Origin: Chiloscyllium plagiosum
Lineage: Eukaryota
DNA length: 64,000 bases
Reading direction: 5' to 3'
Assembly (NCBI RefSeq): GCF_004010195.1
Contig: NC_057719.1
Coordinates: 18,146,157-18,210,156, forward strand
Position numbers and translations under genes: made by a program. Every line of letters begins with the position of its first letter. Positions within the stretch are counted from its first letter, which is position 1. The notes below the pieces were generated by a model. It was given only the letters and a program-made list of their open reading frames with translations. It was not told the DNA's origin and searched no databases. Of this stretch, positions 49,616-62,430 are shown piece by piece.

Positions 49616-50413
49616 GGCACTTCACCTGTTGTAAGGATGGAGGTATGAAGTAGACAACATTTTTAAAAACTTTTGTACTGTGCATCAAAATAAAAAAAAG
49701 GAAACTAATTTGAAAAGGGAAATGTGCAAGGAGCTATTAGTAGCTGTAAAAAAAGACAATTAAAGCTAACTGATGCAGGTGAGACAATGTTACTTTTTGA
49801 GAACAGTTGCTAATTAATAAGGCCGATTTGAGACAATTGTACACAAAACCTTGTTAGGCTTTCCAGAGAGGCAAGCTCCAGGAAAGTTAACAAAAATGAC
49901 GCTTTGCCTAAATACAGAGATGGTTTTTAGAGGGGTTAGGATTATAATGAATTCAATTATTTTAAAAGAGTACCAAACCAGCTAAATCAACTATATTGTC
50001 CATGATTGAACCTGATAAAATTATGATTTTAACCAAAAGAAATGTGAACAAGAATAGAAATTTTAAATTTGAGTCCACCTCACTACAATGTCAACAGGAG
50101 AAGAATATTTCTTTCAGAAAGAAACCAATGTTCTCTGGCATAATTTGAGGTAACTCAAAAGATCCATGGAGAGAGATAAATGTTCAACAGTGAAATCAAC
50201 ATCAGAGGACATCAACCTTTCAATCAATCTTGTTTTTCTTTATTCCATGTTCTGCACGAATCCTATGCTAGGAAATTATAACTTTAAAATCTCATTTCAA
50301 ACATCCTACAGCAGCTTTAGATTAATTTTTAACATAGCCAGTCTTATTTCTCTAAACGTAGTGGAGAAGGTTAGTCTAATCACCATTGTGAGAATAGCCC
50401 CCTTTATTGGTAA

Positions 50414-50630
50414 TGCGTGGGCCTGGAAAAGCACAGCAGGTCAGACAGCATCCGAGGAGTAGGAGAATTGATGTGTTGGGCAGAAGCCTTTCAATCGGAA
50501 TGTGATGAAGGGCTTATGCCAGAAGCGTCGACTTTCCTGTTCCGTGGATGCTGCCTGACCTGCTGTGCTTTGCCAGTACCACAATTTTCAACTCTGATCT
50601 CCAGCATCTGCAGACCTCACTTTCTCCATA
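50414..50630. mobile_element. PLE family A fold-back with 9-bp TSD
   Basis: TATTGGTAA at 50405-50413 and 50631-50639. Confidence 0.8.
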
Positions 50631-51047
50631 TATTGGTAACATCGATTTCAAATCTTGGAGTTGTTCTTTCTTATTTTACTGCTCGTATTAATTATGGATG
50701 TGATTAAATATCAATATTGTTGCTATCTCTTTTGGTTTGACCATCTTCAACGTAAATCCTCTTCTGAGGAATACTCGCTAAACCTTCAGAGATTTTCAGT
50801 CTGAAAGATTTTCCAAAAATCTGTATAAAAAGATTGTAATTATTTCAGAAAATAACCTGTTAATTGAGAAGTGCCTCTTTGTGATTTCATTTTCACTAAT
50901 TCACAGGATATGGGTGTCACTTATTGGCCCAACATTTCTTGCTCGTCCCTAATTTCCCTTGAAAAGGTGATGATGAGCTGTTTTTTTTTTGAACAACTGC
51001 AATTCATGTGATAGGCACACCCACATTGTTGTAAGGGTGGGAGTTGT

Positions 51048-51575
51048 AGATCATAGAGTCATGGCGATGTACAGCACAGAAACAGACCCTTCGGTCCAAC
51101 TCGTCAATGCTGACCAGATATCCTAAACCTTTCTAGTCCTGTATGCCAGCACTTGGCCCATCCTATTCATATACCCATCCAGATGCCTTTTAAATGTTGC
51201 AATTGTACCAGCGTCCACCAGTTCCTCTGGCAGCCCATTCCACAAATGCACCACCCTCTGCGTGAAAATGTTCCCCTTTAGATTCTTTTTAAATCTTTCC
51301 CCTCTCATCCTAAATCTATGCCGTCTAGTTCTGGACTATCCCACCCCAGGGAAAAGAACTTGGCCATTTATCCATTCCATGCCCTTAATGATTTTATAAA
51401 CCTCTATAATATCACCCCTCAGCCTCCGACGCTCCAGGGAAACCAGCCCCAGCCTATTCAGCCTCTCCCTATAGCTCAAACCCTCCATCCCTGGCAACAA
51501 CTTCGTAAATCTTTTCTGAAACCTTTTGAGTTTCACAACGTCCTTCCAACAAGAGGGAGACCAGAATTGCACACG
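51048..51575 (-). mobile_element. HER1 LINE 3' fragment
   Basis: QFWSPSCWKDVVKLKRFQKRFTKLLPGMEGLSYRERLNRLGLVSLERRRLRGDIIEVYKI. Confidence 0.93.
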
Positions 51576-51649
51576 AGGATACTCTAAATTTTCCAGTTTT
51601 CGGATGGGTCCATATTATTGTTTGTTTTCCACCATCACATAGAATAGAC

Positions 51650-51782
51650 CAGGAAAAAGTGAGTACAGTAGGTGCTGGAGATTTGAGCCAAGAGGAGTGT
51701 GGTGCTGGAAAAGCCTAGCCGGTCAGGCAGCATCCAAGGAGCAGGAGAATCAATGTTTCGGACGAAAGCTCTTCATCAGGAA
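51650..51782 (-). mobile_element. PLE family A terminal fragment
   Basis: Minus strand: CCTGATGAAGAGCTTTCGTCCGAAACATTGATTCTCC. Confidence 0.78.
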
Positions 51783-52663
51783 CCATCAGGGGATTTGTTC
51801 ACTTCGTTTGTTGCCTTCCAGAATTAAAAAATTTTAAACCCATCATGGGATGATATTTATTATTTTTTTTCTGCAGGATATAATCTATTTGGCTGGAATA
51901 TGCAATAAGTTCACAAAAATATGGGCTCTGCTCCTATGGTTATAATGCTGTTATGTGATGGGTTACAATTCTGCATCCGCCCTCAAAGTAAGAACCTCCC
52001 TGAAGAAGGCAGCTAGATTAGCAGTTGTCTTTTCTGGTGCTGTGTCATTGACCCAGCATTTAACCCCTGGCACTCTTAAGGCAGTATGAAATAAGACAGT
52101 AATTTAATAGTACAGAACTTTAATATTGCTGAAAAAACTTTTTGTCCTGTGAGTATTAGGACAAATGCAAGAATGCCAAATTTCAAATGACCACCACAAT
52201 TTGTACTACACAGAAAGCTTTATAAACAGCTCTCTATTTTCAGAAATGTTCAAATATGGGACCATTTCATGCCAGTAACAACTGATCAGTCGTTTTCCAC
52301 AGAGGAGAGTATCTATTATCTGTTGAGTGAATTTCTGAGGTGTTCTTCCATTAAGACAACAGGCTTGTTTGTCTTCTATCATTTTAAATGAAGATCATTT
52401 CACATTTACAACTTTCAAGCTTCCAGGCAAAATAAAATCCTATGATGCCAGCCATCATATGTCCATATTTGCATTTAAAGGTTTCAATGATTAACTATGC
52501 GGTATCAATTCTAAAAGGTAACCAACCAAACAGAGGTTAAAATTAAAAAAAATATTCAATTTTTTCAACGACTGCCAATGAATGGAAAATGCCCACTTAA
52601 TTGATTTTCTTCATGGCCTAAGCCTACAGTAACTGGTTTTCCCAATAAAAAAGGTATAATGTT

Positions 52664-53042
52664 AAGTATGTAAGTTAGCTCACTGAACTGGAAGGTTTGT
52701 TTTCAGATGTTTCATCACCATGACTAGGTAACATCATCAGTGAGAGTCTCCAGTGAAGTGCTGGTGGTATGTCCCGCCTCTATATTTAGATGTCTTGGTT
52801 CCTTAAGGTGGGTGATGTCATTTCTGGTTGTATTTTTCAAGGGAAGGTAGATGGTTCTAAGTTGCTGCGTTAATTGATGGAGATAGAGAGGCAGGACATA
52901 CCACCAGCACTTCACTGGAGACTCTCACTGATGATGTTATTTAGTCATGGTGACGAAATGTCTGAAAACAAAGCTTCCTGTTCAGCGAGCTAACTTACAT
53001 ACTTAACATCAACCTGAACTACAAATCTTCGCAAATATGGCT
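52664..53042. mobile_element. PLE family C insertion with inverted termini, 13-bp TSD and two hammerhead motifs (52703-52743 -, 52925-52965 +)
   Basis: AAGGTATAATGTT at 52651-52663 and 53043-53055; about 120-bp inverted arms. Confidence 0.88.
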
Positions 53043-53171
53043 AAGGTATAATGTTCTTTAAGAAAAGGAAGAAGAAGAACTGCTGTCTCTGCTGCACTCA
53101 TACAGCAATACCCTGACCAATCAGGGCTTTCCTGCCTGGTCTGAGAGATGAGTTTGACAGTTAACTGCTGT

Positions 53172-53335
53172 CGAGGGTCTAGATTAGAGTGGTGCTGGAA
53201 AAGCACAGCAGATCAGACAGCATCTGAGGAGCAGGAATTTCTTGCTCCTTGGATATTGCCTGACCTGCTGTGCTTTTCCAGCACCACTCTAATCTAGACT
53301 CTTATCTCCAGTATCTGCAGTCCTCACTTTCGCCT
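53172..53335. mobile_element. PLE family A fold-back with 13-bp TSD
   Basis: AGTTAACTGCTGT at 53159-53171 and 53336-53348. Confidence 0.88.
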
Positions 53336-54039
53336 AGTTAACTGCTGTGGTTACATGTCCATGTCAATGATAACCCATTAAATCAGCATCTTCTTTTCAA
53401 CACAGAGACCTTGTCCTGTTGAGAGCAAGGCAAAAAGCTTTAACTTTGTATCTTCTTTGAGCAATGATAAAGTTCGATATCAGGCAATTGCTTGGTGTGT
53501 TAATGTCTGACCGGGAAAACCTGAAAAGCAGAGTGACAGTTTACTGGAGCATTTTAGTGATTAATTTACAAAGGAAAAGTTCAACGCCTAGCTCGTTGCC
53601 CTCGGGAATTAATTGTTGTTAGCTTGAATTATAAAAAAGATGGAATTTTCAGAAGGGCCACTGTTTTTAGAAACAAGTTTTGTTGGGTAGGCATGTAAAG
53701 TTGAAAATAACACAGCAATGATATTTTATCAAACTGACAACTGAAAATATTCGCATAATTGTGTAAACACGCTCAGCTCTAGTTTTGTGCAGTGCCATAG
53801 CAACACTGTAATGTGCTTTGCCTGAATTGGAAATATACCAAATTTGAGGTCAGCAATATACAACAAAATGTTATATTTCTAGTAATTGAGCTTTGAAATG
53901 ATTGCAAAAGCAAAATCTGCTTTAAGAGTGTGATTCCTCCAGCGGTGCCAATTTTACATTGTGCCATATCAAAGTAAGTGACAGCAGGTATTCTTAGGAT
54001 AGCTATCTTAGAGCGGTGACACCTTGAGAAAGGAAGGAA

Positions 54040-54470
54040 AACACTTGTATTTATTTGACTTATTCTATTACCTCACGGTAACCCAAAATGCTTTACAGCT
54101 AACGGGATACATTGCGAGTAGAACCATTGTTGAAATGTTGGAAAAGCAGCAACTAATGTACATACAGCAAAGTCTGTTTGTTGGTGATGTCGGTTAAGAG
54201 AAAATCTCAGCTGAGATACTGGGTGAACCCACTCCCCCTCACCCCCACCCCAACCCCCGCACTTGCTTTCTTTATGTTTGAAAAGTCCAATGGAACTTGT
54301 TGTATCCATCTAAAAGACCACATGGGCCCATGTTTTGCATCCAGAGGATAGATTCTCTGCCTTGCAGCATTTGCTTAGTACTTCACTGTAGCAGCGTCCT
54401 AGAGTTTAGGAGTAGAATGGGACTTGTACCTGTGACTTTATGGCCCAAAGTTCAGAATGTAGTTGTGGAG
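54040..54470 (-). mobile_element. Degenerate Deu-domain SINE
   Basis: ACTTGTATTTAT...CCCAAAATGCTTTACAGC...ACAGCAAAG. Confidence 0.55.
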
Positions 54471-56639
54471 CAATAGAATGAAACTATCATATGAGTTTGC
54501 ACAATCAGTTCTATTATTTGTTCCTTGCTTTCTCTGTATCATCATTTGTGACTGGTCTTTCACCCACTCTAGTTAGTCCCATGGATTGCTCCTCGTTCAG
54601 TACGTCTGCCTTGCTACTGTCATAAGTGCCTTCAAAAGTCTCCTATTTGGCCATGCGTTTTGCTCATTGCTGGGTATCCTCCCATTAAGCAGGTCTCTTG
54701 GTCTGCAATGAGCACTGTAGAAAGGAAAGCTGTTTTCATTGTTGAAAACATTGAAAGGACCTTCCTGTTCTCCAGAAATTTGACAAAAACAGGTTTAAAT
54801 TTAAGTGTGAATATGAACTGCAATTTAATGAAGGTAGAAAGCTGGTGGCCTGTAGGTGTAATTGGGAGGAAGATTGTTTTAACAATAACAGAATGACAAT
54901 TCAGCTCTGATCGAACCCTCCTCCTGGAGTCTTTGCCTGGGAAAAAAAAATGAATTAATACAATAGAAGAGAAAGTGATTGGACTATATTTGCTCTGTCT
55001 ATAGAGCTAATTCTTTGTCTGAATAAACAATCTGTACCCACACAAAATCCTTCACTGAAATAACACATGATGCACAGAATGTTGGTACAAAGTGGCAATT
55101 ACTTTTTATTTTAATAGAAGTGTACAAATTTATGAAGTTTTTCAAAAGATAGAGAGAAACTGCTTCCATTGGCAGGCAAGTCAGTAACCAGATTTAAGAT
55201 AACAACTATCTGAGAGATGATGAGGTTTTGTTTTTAACATAGCAAGTTGTTATGATCTAGATTGTGTTAACTGACAAAATGATGGAAACAGTACTTTCAT
55301 AACGGGCTGGAACATATAAAAAGATTAAAAGTGACAATAAATTACCATTCTATTCAATTCTAGAAAGGAAAGATTGGCAGGGTGCTATGACAGTGATAAA
55401 AAAATGGACAAGAAGGTTTTTACTTCCATCATCTGATTTTAATATTTATGGTCTTTTATAGATTAAAATGGTTTTGAAAAAGTAAAAAAATAAAAGACTT
55501 AAAATGACTATCAGAGATTACGTGATTAGGTTGAGCCAAACATGAATCAGTATGAGCAAAATTGAGGCCAATATAACCTGCCTGGGAACTCACTTCTTTT
55601 TATCTCCTCGTCGCTTCACACCTTTGTGGAAGTTTCAGCTGTTGAGATGATCGTCCAGCTGGAAAAAATAAAATATTGAAGCCAGACATGAGGATACATA
55701 AGTGAATTGCAGTTCAGGCAACAGATTTTGAGCAGAGGAGGAGAAGGAAATCGGACTGGTGACAGCAGAAATAGAAGGCTCAGTCTTTCTTTCTGTAAGT
55801 TGCTCAGCCCGATCATAAAGGAAATTGGGAAGCATCACTGAGAACTCGAGATTATCTACAAATTTTGCACTGCTGAGGTTACAAGTTAAACCACGATGGT
55901 GTGAGATTTAACCCAACAGCTCAAGGACTCCAAGGACTTATTAAACTGCCTTTGACCTTCCTTTTCGTACCCCGTATTGCGTCCTTTCGAAACTTTGTTC
56001 CTCTATTTGCATATGCTTGACATTATGGTTTATTATTTATCTCAGAGTGAATAAATAATAAAATTTCTTTTTCTTTCCCTGAAGAAGACCTTATAATTGG
56101 ATCCTTACTCTGCTAATACTGCGCTTTAATTGAAGTGTGACCTAACCATAATACAGAGATAATTAAAAATCTTTGTTGTGATCAATCGGTTATCGGATGA
56201 AAAGGAGATGAGTTGATATAATCCTAATCACCTGGTATTAATGAGGGCTATGGGAAAAGATTATGGTAAAAAAAAGGAAATTAATTGAATATCTTTTTCA
56301 AAAACTCATCATAAATCAAAATGCCTCATTCTGTATTAATGGAAGTAATTTTGACTTCCAGGGAAAATGTGGGATTAAAAGTTTTAAAAATGTGTAACCC
56401 AATCCGACGCAACCTGATTGAAACTAACCTGTCTATCTCTTGTTTGTTGGGTAACCATCCCATTTATAAGAGACGGTGTGGTTACTAAGATACTTAAATC
56501 AGTCTGTGCGCCTCCATTTCAAGAAAAGTGTATTTGAAAAATCTTTATATGTTCTGACCTGAGGGAAATCTGGCATCAACGGCAGATGAGAAATGTATAT
56601 GATATGTGATTTTCATTTGTGAATAAGCATTTTTAAATT

Positions 56640-57271
56640 TGAGGTACAATACATTTTGGTTTCAGTTCTGTAAAGGTAACTGGTATGTTTTGAGGAGGTC
56701 TTAATGGCATTTTGAACATTGAAGGAAATACATTATTTCCACAAATACAGGATAACTATAGAGTTAATTGATGAGCTATCTACAAAGTGAACGGGAGTAA
56801 AATAGAGTGGGGCCATTAGTGATTTGAGTTTAGTTCAGAAGAACAGTTTCATCCTCGCAAGAATAATTATTTCAGTTTGTAGAATCTCCTGGTTGTGAGA
56901 GTTTATGACAATAAAGGTTTCTCGCAGAAGGTTTCAAGCTGTTAGAACTGGAAATAAATTCAAGCTGCTGGAACTGAGAAGTTAGTTAAGTCAGAGATTA
57001 CAGAGTTAAATTAGGTGTGATGATTTATTTGGAAGGGATATTGCTGGGAAAAGAGTTCAAACTTTTTTTTAATAAAGGTGTAAACTCTTCACAAACTATT
57101 TTGTGCACTAAACCTATGTACTATTGTTAATGTACATTGGCAGCTTTGTGTGGCTTTATTCATTGATTAAACACAATTGTCATCTGCAAAAATTACACCT
57201 TTGATCTATTAAACCACATTTCACAGCAGAAACTGGCTTGTTCAGAATTATCATCAGCTGGAATTATAACG
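56640..57271 (+). mobile_element. Putative solo-LTR-like repeat
   Basis: AATAAA near 57071; 3' end ATCAGCTGGAATTATAAC matches the reverse complement of 60060-60130; left boundary uncertain. Confidence 0.4.
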
Positions 57272-57550
57272 CCATGAAGTAATTGCCTTTCAACATTACC
57301 TGCAAACCAAGAGGAGCAGGAATGCATTTTCCTTTGCCCAGCAAGCATACCACAATCTTCAAAATGAAGAAGACTGAATATCCCAAACACCAGAACTCCC
57401 TACCCAGTTCACATTGACTAACCTGTGATCGACTCCATCACTATTTTCTAACCAAGTTGTTGGATAGGAAACAAATAGAAACAAATTAAAAACAGCCAGT
57501 GCTATTAAATCCAGGTTTACCATTAAATTTTCCACTTGCAACTCCTGTCC

Positions 57551-57694
57551 CCTAGGAGAAAGTAAGGACTGCAGATGCTGGTGATCAGAGTTGAGAGTGT
57601 AGTGCTGGAAAAGCACAGCAGGTCAGTCAGCATCCGAGGAGCAGGAGAATCGACATTTTAGGCATAATTCAATTCTCCTGCTCCTCGGATGAAA
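57551..57694. mobile_element. PLE family A fold-back with 8-bp TSD
   Basis: TCCTGTCC at 57543-57550 and 57695-57702. Confidence 0.78.
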
Positions 57695-58049
57695 TCCTGT
57701 CCTCTGTTTTATTTGTTCACCTCAGATTTATTATCAGGGATACTGCTTCTTGCACTTAATGTCTTGAATAGTTAAAGTGATAAGACATCCAATATCTTTT
57801 CTACCTGTTACCCCAACACAGTTTTTCCACAGTTGAGATCCATCCAACTTGAGCTTTACTGAAGTGAGCTAAATTTCTTTGTTTCAGCAAAAGATCTCAA
57901 GGTTATTTTGCAACACACAGATCTGAATTTTGTTATTTTTCTTCTGCATTCAGAGCAGGCCTCCAGTTGAAAGTATGAGCAACCTGTCCTTCTGGAATTG
58001 TTATTTTTGGCCAGGCCTGTTGGACTGAGACGGCATAGGTTCAAATATT

Positions 58050-58330
58050 TGGGGCAAGACTTGCGATCACGTGGCAGCAAATGTCTCAATCGACTTGTGA
58101 ATGGAAGCTGCCGGAAAACTCGGCCTTTTGGTTTATCTTAGCAATGGCAGGAAAGTGAACTCCGAATTCTGGCTGCATTGTAGAAGAAAAGACAGAGAAA
58201 ATTTGCAAGTGCAGATGGCTGACATTGATACTGACAGCTAGGAGAGTGTCGCTGTTGGCCATTACTTCTGGAGACTGCACATTTGGAAGTGCTTTGGAAG
58301 AGACCAAAAAGTTCAGGTGGCTGAGAAGAG
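58050..58330 (+). mobile_element. Possible ancient Tx1/L1-like ORF2 C-terminal remnant
   Basis: GAGAGTGTCGC...CATTACTTCTGGAGACTGCACATTTG loosely resembles the ETVAHLLLEC.FA..VW motif. Confidence 0.25.
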
Positions 58331-59344
58331 GACCCAGCAAAAACAGACAATTGTGCCCCTTCACCAGTATTTCAACTCTGCAGCCAGCATGGCAGTGCCT
58401 GTCATGCCAGTTTGGAGCTCCTGAGCCACACCAGGATATAATTGACCCAGAGTTGATCACAACTGGGGTGAGCCATCACCTCACAAGACTGAAGATTGTA
58501 ATCATCTACCTCAAAATGCTGTGTAATTGTTTCCAACCTATATTGACATGGTGTGTGTTGTTTGCACTACAAATGGCAACTTGCCCAGTTCAAGGGAGAA
58601 AGGGATGCTGACAGCAGAAAATGAAATTGCCTCTGCCAGTTTATGTTCCTCTTTCAACTGAAGAGATTTGAATTGGGAATTATTTTGAGATGTGGCTCTT
58701 CTCTGTACTGAACTTGGAGAGAAACAAAGTCAATTTGATCTGTATACTGACACAACTTTTTTTAGCTTCATTTATCACTTATATTGAAGTCATGCCCAAG
58801 GCATGGTTTATGGCACCAGAACAGTTGAGGGGGGCCATGTTTTTCCATCGCCTTAAATCAAGTTTTGAATTTTCCACAAGTAGATGTGACATGAATTTCC
58901 CAGATTTTCATTCTGGATTCTTGCTAATGCATTGCTAAAATTGCTCAATAACCCATGAATGGACTGGTTCTTTTCTTCAAATGCTTCAGCATCAGAAACA
59001 TGTGAATCTCATGCATTCCCAAAATTGAGACTTAAATGATCTTAGGCAAGGTATTGATGAAGGTGTCAAAGAAGGTGGATCAGGAAAAAAAATGGACAGG
59101 GACTGGTTTTTGGTCTTTTAGATATTGTTGTGTTCATCACTAAAGAGATGTGCCACATTAATTGCAGTGCAGAAAAAAAGAATTAGGTATGATTGAGAAA
59201 GAATGGGAAGTTCTCATTCCTTTGAGGTAATTAGGCAGATTTGTCTCTTCATTGTACAGACTGCCAGCACACAACACATTGAGGAAAATCAAGCAGAGAA
59301 GATACCAAACCCAAGATGGAGCCAAATTAACTTTACTGTCAAAG

Positions 59345-60060
59345 ATGGCTCACTTATCTTTGGATCAAAGAGTTCTTGGCTCAAACCGCACTCCAGACCA
59401 TGAATACAAAAATCATGGTTACCACTGTAGGGCAGTACCTGGGGAATTGCAAACAATGATTGTCTAGGTTCTGTCTTTCAGATAGAACATCAAATCAAAG
59501 CCTATGATCCCTCTCAGGTGGGTGTACAGTTTCCATGGTATTACTTTGAAGAAGAGTTGGAAAGAGTTATCCCTGGTATTCTGACCAATATTTATCCCTC
59601 AAACAATATCACAAAAATAGTCTATCTGCTTATATTGCTTTATTAATTGCAGCAGCTTACTGTGTGCAAATTAGCTGCTGTATTTCTTAAAAATGAAGGT
59701 GTTGGACATTGGCACTGCAACAAGAAGAAGTCACCAAAAGCTAACCACTGGAGGCTGACTGGGAGAGGCAAACTGAAAGGTTAAACCCGTCTGACCAAGG
59801 GCCCAGAGAAAAATGGTTCAGTGAAACCTTCACCTTCCCATCCCCTTACCTCCCTCTGTAACAAAAACAGTGGAGACAACAGTAAGGGGTTCCTAGGTCC
59901 GAAAGTACCAGACAACCTTTCATGCAAAATTGAGCAGTACACAAGATGGAAAGCTGCCAAGATGTCTAAGTTTGCTTTCCACATTACAACAAGAATTACA
60001 CTTCAGCTCATAGTTCTAAAACATTTTGAGATATCCATTGGTTGGGAAAAGTTGATATAA
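59345..60060 (+). mobile_element. Deu-domain SINE interrupted by an unclassified ~280-bp insert
   Basis: TTTGAAGAAGAG...CCAATATTTATCCCTC...GCAAATTAGCTGC; tail ACATTACAACA...TACACTTC resumes near 59975. Confidence 0.7.
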
Positions 60061-60504
60061 TTATGATCCCAGCTGATATTATTACTGTACAAGACAGATC
60101 CCAGACTGAAACCTGACTTCATTGATCTTATTTTGTTTTGGTTTGGTTTTAACAACATGATCCCTTACTGAACCATAATCGTGTGGTTCTGCAGATTTTA
60201 CTTTAACAATGAAACAAAAGTTTATGATGAAAAGAAATAAAGATAAAATAGAATAATGCAAACTATCCAGTTTTAACATGATTCAAAGATTCTTAAACAC
60301 ATCATGAAAGTATTAACAAATTAATCAGAAACAAATTTTAAAGAGAAACAATAGATTTTGTATAGTACCCAGTAATATCACTCATACAGTGCATACACTG
60401 GAGTCCCTGTCTCTAACACCTTGACATGTTTAAGTCACTTGTGAATTTAAGCTATAGACTGGAACTTCAATAGGTTTTACCTGGAGCTGAGCTGTTACAC
60501 ATCT

Positions 60505-62430
60505 GAACATAGAACACAGAATGGTACAACACAGGAACAGGCTCTTTGGCCCATCATGTCTCTACTGACCATGATGCCATTCTAAACTAATCCCAGCAAT
60601 CTGGACATGGTCTTTCTCCCTTTATTCCCTCCCTGTTCATGTGTCTGTCGAAATGTTAATGTATTTGCTCCTACCATCCCCCCTGGCAGTGCATTCTAGG
60701 TGTCTGCCACCCTGTGTTCAAAAAAACTTGCCTTCCCCAACTCCTTTCACTTTTCTACCTGGTTTTAAACTTATTCCCCACAATATTTGGCATTTCCCTC
60801 TTGGGAAGAAAGGCTGTGACTATCTGTGTCTCTCAAAATGTTCTAAATTTCTATCAGGTCACTCAGATCCTGACACTAGCAAAAACAATCCAAGTCTATC
60901 CATCTTCTCCTTATAACTAATTAAACACTCCAATCCAGGCAACATTCTGGTAAGCCTCTTTTGCACATTCTCTCAAGTCTCTACTTCCGTCCTATCGGGT
61001 GATGACCACAACTGCATCCAATACTCAAAATGTGGTTGAACAAAAGTCTGAAAAATGCTTTGCCAACTTTTATACTCAATACCCAACCAGTTAAGTTGAA
61101 CATTCTGTATGCCTATATTACAGCCTCATCCATGCATGCTATTACTTCAGAGAGCTATGGATTTGCACCACAAGATCCCTTAGTATATTAATGCTCCTAA
61201 GGGTCCTGCCATTGACTATATACTTTCCTTTTGCACTTGACCTCCCAAAATGTATCATCTTACACTTGTCTGGATTAAACTTCATCTGCCATTTCTCTGC
61301 TGAGCGATCCAACTGTATCCTGCTGTATCTTTTGATAATATTTCTCACTATCCCCAACTTTGCATCATTTGCAAATTTAGCAATCATAGCACCTACATTT
61401 TCATCCAAATGTTTGTATATATTACAACCAACAGGTCTCAGCATTAAAATAAATCACAAGAATGTTTCCAGGACTGGAGGTTTTGAGCTAGAAGGGGAGG
61501 CAAAATAGGTTCGGACCTTTTTCCCTGGAGCGGCAGAAGCTGAGGGGTGACCTTGTCAAGGTTTAAAAATCATGAGGAGTACAAGTCAGATGAATAGCTA
61601 AGCTATTTTTCCCCAGGGTAGGGGAGTCCAAAACTAGAGGGCATAGGTTTAAGGTGAAAGGGAAAAGACTTAAAAGGGACCTGAGGGGCAATGTTTTCAC
61701 AAGAGGATGGTGCATGTATGGAACGGGCTCCCTCAGGAAGTGATAGAGGTGGGTGCAAGTTTCAAAGGCATCTGGATGAGTACATGAATAGAAAGAGTTC
61801 AGAAGGATATGGGCCAAATGCAGGCAAATGGGACTAGATTAGTTTAGGATAATCATCGGCCCAGGAAAGTTGGATCAAAGGGTCTGTTTTCTTATTGTAT
61901 TACCCCATGACTTTCTAACACCACTGGTCACAATCTCCAAACAGAAAACACTTCTTCATTACTACCCTCTGACTTGTAGGACAGAACCAATTTTATATCC
62001 AATTTTCCAGTTCACTTGCATCCTGTATGACTTAGTCTTCTGGACCAGCCTACTCTGAGGGATCTTGCCAAATGCTTTAGTAAAGTTTGTGTAGACAACA
62101 TCCACTGCCCTACTGTCAGTCATCTTTGCCACTTCCTCAAAAAACTCAAGCTAATGAGACAGGACCTTCCCCCTTAAAAAGGTGTGCTCACCCTTCCTAA
62201 ACATTCATCTTCGCCAAATGTGAGTAAATCCTGTCCTTCAGAATCTTCTCCAATAACTTCCCTACCACTGATGTAAGGCTCACCGGCCTAAAATTTCCTG
62301 GATTTTCCCTGTTTATGTTCCTAAAGCAAAATCATTGCCCACTCTCCTGTCTTCTGGGGCTTTGCCTGTAGCTGAAGAGGATACAATGATCTCTGACAAT
62401 GGCACAACAATCTCCTCCCTTGCTCCCTTG
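60505..62430 (-). mobile_element. CR1 LINE ORF2 3' half, split by HER1
   Basis: KHLDENVGAMIAKFANDAKLG...AEKWQMKFNPDKCKMIHFG. Confidence 0.88.
61452..61912 (+). mobile_element. HER1 LINE 3' fragment
   Basis: GCTGAGGGGTGACCTT...GGGGAGTCCAAAACTAGAGGGCATAGGTTTAAGGTG. Confidence 0.9.
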
